NCBI RefSeq assembly: GCF_964188315.1
Contig: NC_135656.1
Span: forward strand, 124,062,001-124,126,000
Origin: Podarcis muralis
Lineage: Eukaryota
Direction: 5' to 3'
Length of the DNA: 64,000 nt
Part shown: piece by piece, positions 59,898-64,000 of the stretch
Position numbering within the stretch: the first letter of the stretch is position 1
How the letters are laid out: each line of letters opens with the position of its first letter
Notes under the pieces: generated by a model
Seen by the model: the letters and a program-made list of their open reading frames with translations, nothing else
Database searches by the model: none
Told to the model about the DNA's origin: nothing
Translations under genes and position numbers: made by a program

Positions 59898-61200
59898 AGA
59901 CCAAACCCAAAGGGTGCTCATCAATGGTTCCTCTTCATCCTGGAGAAGAGTGACTAGTAGGGTGCCACAGGGTTCTGTCTTGGGCCCGGTCTTATTCAAC
60001 ATCTTTATCAGCGATTTGGATGATGGACTCAAGGGCATCCTGATCAAATTTGCATATGACACCAAACTGGGAGGGGTGGCTAACACCCCAGAGGACAGGA
60101 TCACACTTCAAAACGACCTTGACAGGTTAGAGAACTGGGCCAAAACAAACAAGATGAACTTTAACAGGGAGAAATGTAAAGTATTGCACTTGGGCAAAAA
60201 AAATGAGAGGCACAAATACAAGATGGGTGACACCTGGCTTGAGAGCAGTACATGCGAAAAGGATCTAGGAGTCTTGGTTGACCACAAACTTGACATGAGC
60301 CAACAGTGTGATGCGGCAGCTAAAAAAGCCAATGCAATTCTGGGCTGCATCAATAGGAGTATAGCATCTAGATCAAGGGAAGTAATAGTGCCACTGTATT
60401 CTGCTCTGGTCAGGTCATCGCCTGCCAACCTAGCAGTTCGAAAGCACCCCTGGGTGCAAGTAGATAAATAGGGACCGCTTACCAGCGGGAAGGTAAACGG
60501 CGTTCCGTGTGCTGCGCTGGCTCGCCAGATGCAGCTTTGTCACGCTGGCCACGTGACCCGGAAGTGTCTCCGGACAGCGCTGGCCCCTGGCCTCTTGAGT
60601 GAGATGGGCGCACAACCCCAGAGTCTGTCAAGACTGGCCCGTACGGGCAGGGGTACCTTTACCTTTTTATTCTGCTCTGGTCAGACCTCACCTGGAGTAC
60701 TGTGTCCAGTTCTGGGCACCACAGTTCAAGAAGGACACTGACAAACTGGAACGTGTCCAGAGGAGGGCAACCAAAATGGTCAAAGGCCTGGAAACGATGC
60801 CTTATGAGGAACGGCTAAGGGAGCTGGGCATGTTTAGCCTGGAGAAGAGGAGGTTAAGGGGTGATATTATAGCCATGTTCAAATATATAAAAGGATGTCA
60901 TATAGAGGAGGGAGAAAGGTTGTTTTCTGCTGCTCCAGAGAAGCGGACACGGAGCAATGGATCTAAACTACAAGAAAGAAGATTCCACCTAAACATTAGG
61001 AAGAACTTCCTGACAGTAAGAGTTGTTCGACAGTGGAATTTGTGCCAAGGAGTGTGGTGGAGTCTCCTTCTTTGGAGGTCTTTAAGCAGAGGCTTGACAA
61101 CCATATGTCAGGAGTGCTCTGATGGTGTTTCCTGCTTGGCAGTGGGTTGGACTCGATGGCCCTTGTGGTCTATTCCAACTCTATGATTCTATGATTCTAT
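59898..61200 (+). mobile_element. CR1 LINE, 5'-truncated, same subfamily as 8098-9787
   Basis: Near-identical to 8935-9787; retains the segment deleted in copy 1 but reads FAYD at the RT catalytic motif; ATTCTATG tail. Confidence 0.96.
60414..60667 (+). mobile_element. 5'-truncated Sauria SINE (subfamily A) nested in CR1
   Basis: 17-bp TSD TATTCTGCTCTGGTCAG at 60397-60413 and 60668-60684. Confidence 0.95.
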
Positions 61201-61204
61201 TCTA

Positions 61205-61460
61205 TTCTAGCAGAGGCAATCAGATGTAATGATATAACCCACAGAGTTACAACTAGTAGAGAGAGAAAAAAAATGATCTCTGCAATGACCATGTTGCATA
61301 ATTTGTGGGAGAAACCGGAAAGAAACCCTTGGAAATGTCGTGACTGCTTGATAAATTTAGCAGGATGTTAGGATATAAAATTAATATAAGAAAATCAAAA
61401 AGTATGGTATTGAATGTTGACAGAAGACCAGACCAGATGGCAGTACCATGTAGACCTCAT
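61205..61460 (+). mobile_element. L1-like RT fragment, right part
   Basis: LAEAIRC continues the left part; GYKINIRKS. Confidence 0.6.
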
Positions 61461-62086
61461 TAAAGGAAGCCAGTTACTCTGTGTTATGTAGATGTTCATA
61501 AACAAGAGGGGTGGGCCATGTGCTGTGACCCTCCAAATACTGTGGGAAGACAACTCACATCAGCCCTAGCCATTGGCTATGCTAGCTGCTAGGAGCTGTA
61601 ATCAAACAAAATCTGGAGGGCACCATGTTGATGACCCCTGTTTGGACTGGTAAAGGCCCGTCCAAACCCAACTTTCCCTTTGCTAGCCATTTATCAGAAG
61701 TTTCCCAGAGTGGCTGAGGCAACCCAGTCAGATGGGCGGGGTACAAATAATAAACTATGATTATTATTATATCATTGCGTTTGCACACACTTTGTTTTTC
61801 TCTAGCCATACAGTTGTGCATTGAGTCAGAGGGAGGATGTTGCAAGGCGCTTGTGTTCCCCCCCTATAATTACCAAAGTCATTGTCATTTATTCTTGTTC
61901 TTGCCAAAGCACAAAGGGCCCTTAACCTCCCACAACACTCATCATTGAGCCTAGCAATATAATCATCACAATCAAGAGCAACAGTAAGGAGTTTTCATGT
62001 CTATGTGTCAAATACTCAGATGCCCCTGAGAGCCTGGCAATGTTTGAAGGGGAGGGGAATCTTTCAGTGATATTTTCCATCGTGTA

Positions 62087-62327
62087 CAGTGGTACCTCAG
62101 ATTAAGTACTTAATTTGTTCTGGAGGTCTGTTCTTAATCTGAAACTGTTCTTAACCTGAAGCACCTCTTTAGCTAAGGGGCCTCCTGCTGCTGCTGCGCC
62201 GTCGCTGCACGATTTCTATTCTCATCCTGAAGCAAAGTTCTTAAGCCAAGGTATTATTTCTGGGTTAGTGGAGTCTGTAACCTGAAGCATATGTAACCTG
62301 AAGCGTATGTAACCCGAGGTATCACTG
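62087..62327 (-). mobile_element. Tc1/mariner MITE, family A, reverse orientation
   Basis: TA|CAGTGGTACCT...AGGTATCACTG|TA. Confidence 0.9.
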
Positions 62328-62779
62328 TACTTTAGATCTGAAAGCCCAGCTGGACTCCAACTAGCTGAATGAGCAGCCCCAATAAAGTTCTGACTTTTAG
62401 GTCTCTACGCACCAAAATAAATTTTGGATTACCCTGTTTAATATATATTTATGACTATCTGAATAATTTTGACACAACATTTTTTCTAATCAAATCCACG
62501 GTGTTTTTGTAACTTAAAAAAAAAAGGCATGTTGGGGACTCCCTGAACACTGAGGCAGCACCTAATCCAGGTAGGACCACATACAATGTGATAAAACAAA
62601 AGCATGTGGACAGATTACTCTGTCAACCTACAGCAGAAATTCCTAATATAAAGGTCACAGTTGTGGTTCGATGTGCTTGGATTGCATCCAAGTAGGAAAT
62701 GGATTTTCACCTTGCAATGAGGATATGCCTTTTCTCCCTCATCACAAACCCAGAGGCCTATATCTGGGGATCAAATCAT

Positions 62780-63045
62780 ACATGACCTCAGTCCAGGGTG
62801 TTGGTGCTGACCTTTAAAGCCCTAAACGGCCTTGGCCCAGTATACCTGAAGGAGAGTCTCCACCTCCATCGTTCAGCCCGGACACTGAGGTCCAGCTCCA
62901 AGAACCTTCTGGCAGTTCTCTCCCTGTGGGAAGTGAGGTCACAGGGATCCAGGCAGAGGGCCTTCTGGGCGGTAGCACCCTCCCTGTGGAACACCCTCCC
63001 TTCAGATGTCAAGGACATAAATAACTACACAACTTTTAGAAGACA
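62780..63045 (+). mobile_element. L2 3' fragment
   Basis: VLVLTFKALNGLGPVYLKE... Confidence 0.85.
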
Positions 63046-63514
63046 TTTGGGGGATGGGATTTCTGTCCCACATATTTACAGCCGTCTTCTCCGGTCTTTC
63101 TGAGATCCTTTCGATTGCCTATGTGGAAGATTCAGCCTAGGGTCTTCTGCTGGGAATGTAGAATCCACGGGGGGGGGGGGGGGGAAGAACCATGAAGGTG
63201 TTTGGAGTGTGAAAAGAGTTTAAGCTCAAGCCTTCCTTCAGATTGAAGAATACACACAGGGAAGAGAAAATAATACAAATGGCAGCTAATCCTCACTGTC
63301 CCTTAGTAAGGCAATAAGCTTATGAAATACAGCAAAGAGTTGAATAATGTATAAACCTTTGCTGCAAAGATATTGAGGATGCTGTCTGCCATTTGAGGTA
63401 CTTGTCAAAAAGTATTTCAGGGAAGCAAGAGGCACAGGAAAAGATTCCTGGAATAATAAAGAGCTTGGAGCATTTGAGTACAGACTGGTGCATTTTTGGT
63501 TTTTCAGTAGAGAG

Positions 63515-63850
63515 AAACCACAGAGCCTAGGGTTTGCTGATTGGAAGGTCGGCGGGTCGAATCCCCGTGACGGGATGAGCTCCCGTTGTTCGGTCCCAGC
63601 TCCTGCCAACCTAGCAGTTTGAAAGCACACACTGCAAGTAGATAAATAGGTACAGCTCTGGTGGGAAGGTAAATGGCATTTCCCTGCGCTGCTCTGGTTC
63701 TCCAGAATTGGCTTAGTCATGGTGTCCACATGACCCGGAAGCTGTATGCCGGCTCCCTTGGCCAGTAAGGCGAGATGAGCGCCGCAACTCCAGAGTCATC
63801 CATGACTGGACTTAACTGTCAGGGGTCCTTTACCTTTACCTTTACCTTTA
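63515..63850 (+). mobile_element. Sauria SINE, subfamily B
   Basis: Family match, (ACCTTT)n tail. Confidence 0.9.
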
Positions 63851-63856
63851 TCTGAA

Positions 63857-63958
63857 CTCCTTGGAGAAACACTAGAACTCAGCACCGCCTGCTGAAAACG
63901 ATGGAAGATGCTTTGAATACAAACCAAAAGAAGGACAAATAATTTCACACTCCATATG
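63857..63958 (-). repeat. Inverted paralog of the V2R 3' flank
   Basis: Reverse complement closely matches 47808-47900 and, more weakly, 58765-58840. Confidence 0.8.
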
Positions 63959-64000
63959 ACTCATGGAAGTTTGAAAAAAGTAATTATTGTGCTGTGGAAA

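Overview
Eukaryotic (vertebrate) genomic DNA. The repeat content (Sauria/Squam1 SINEs, BovB, CR1 with ATTCTATG tails, L2 with TTA tails) points to a squamate, probably a lacertid lizard; this is an inference. The window spans the boundary between a C2H2 zinc-finger gene cluster (about 1-36 kb) and a vomeronasal type-2 receptor (V2R, class C GPCR) cluster (about 41-64 kb). Five gene models were built by hand from splice sites and exon phases. ZNF-1 (minus strand) has 19 intact fingers, but no KRAB exon was found. ZNF-2 (plus) is KRAB-A + KRAB-B + 13 fingers, 552 aa. ZNF-3 (plus) is SCAN + KRAB-A + 8 fingers, 566 aa. Two 6-exon V2Rs have intact frames (860 and 846 aa). Paralogous flanks suggest another ZNF gene left of the window and a third, convergent V2R to the right. 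The rest is dense, often nested TEs: CR1, L2, L1, RTE/BovB, a Penelope relic, three tRNA-SINE families, solo LTRs, and Tc1/mariner-type, hAT-type and 9-bp-TSD MITEs. There is one 139-N assembly gap. No true tRNA, rRNA or CRISPR array, and no intact autonomous TE. The best leads are: a 90-bp MITE with a 9-bp TSD (Mutator-like) flanking a ZNF first exon; a 33-nt in-frame candidate cassette exon in V2R-1 copied from its own exon 1; a 107-nt identical tract between the two V2R TM exons; a Penelope hairpin keeping half a hammerhead ribozyme; and an effector-less 19-finger ORF. I see no clear wholly new multi-gene system. All homology calls are from recognition of motifs, not from database searches.
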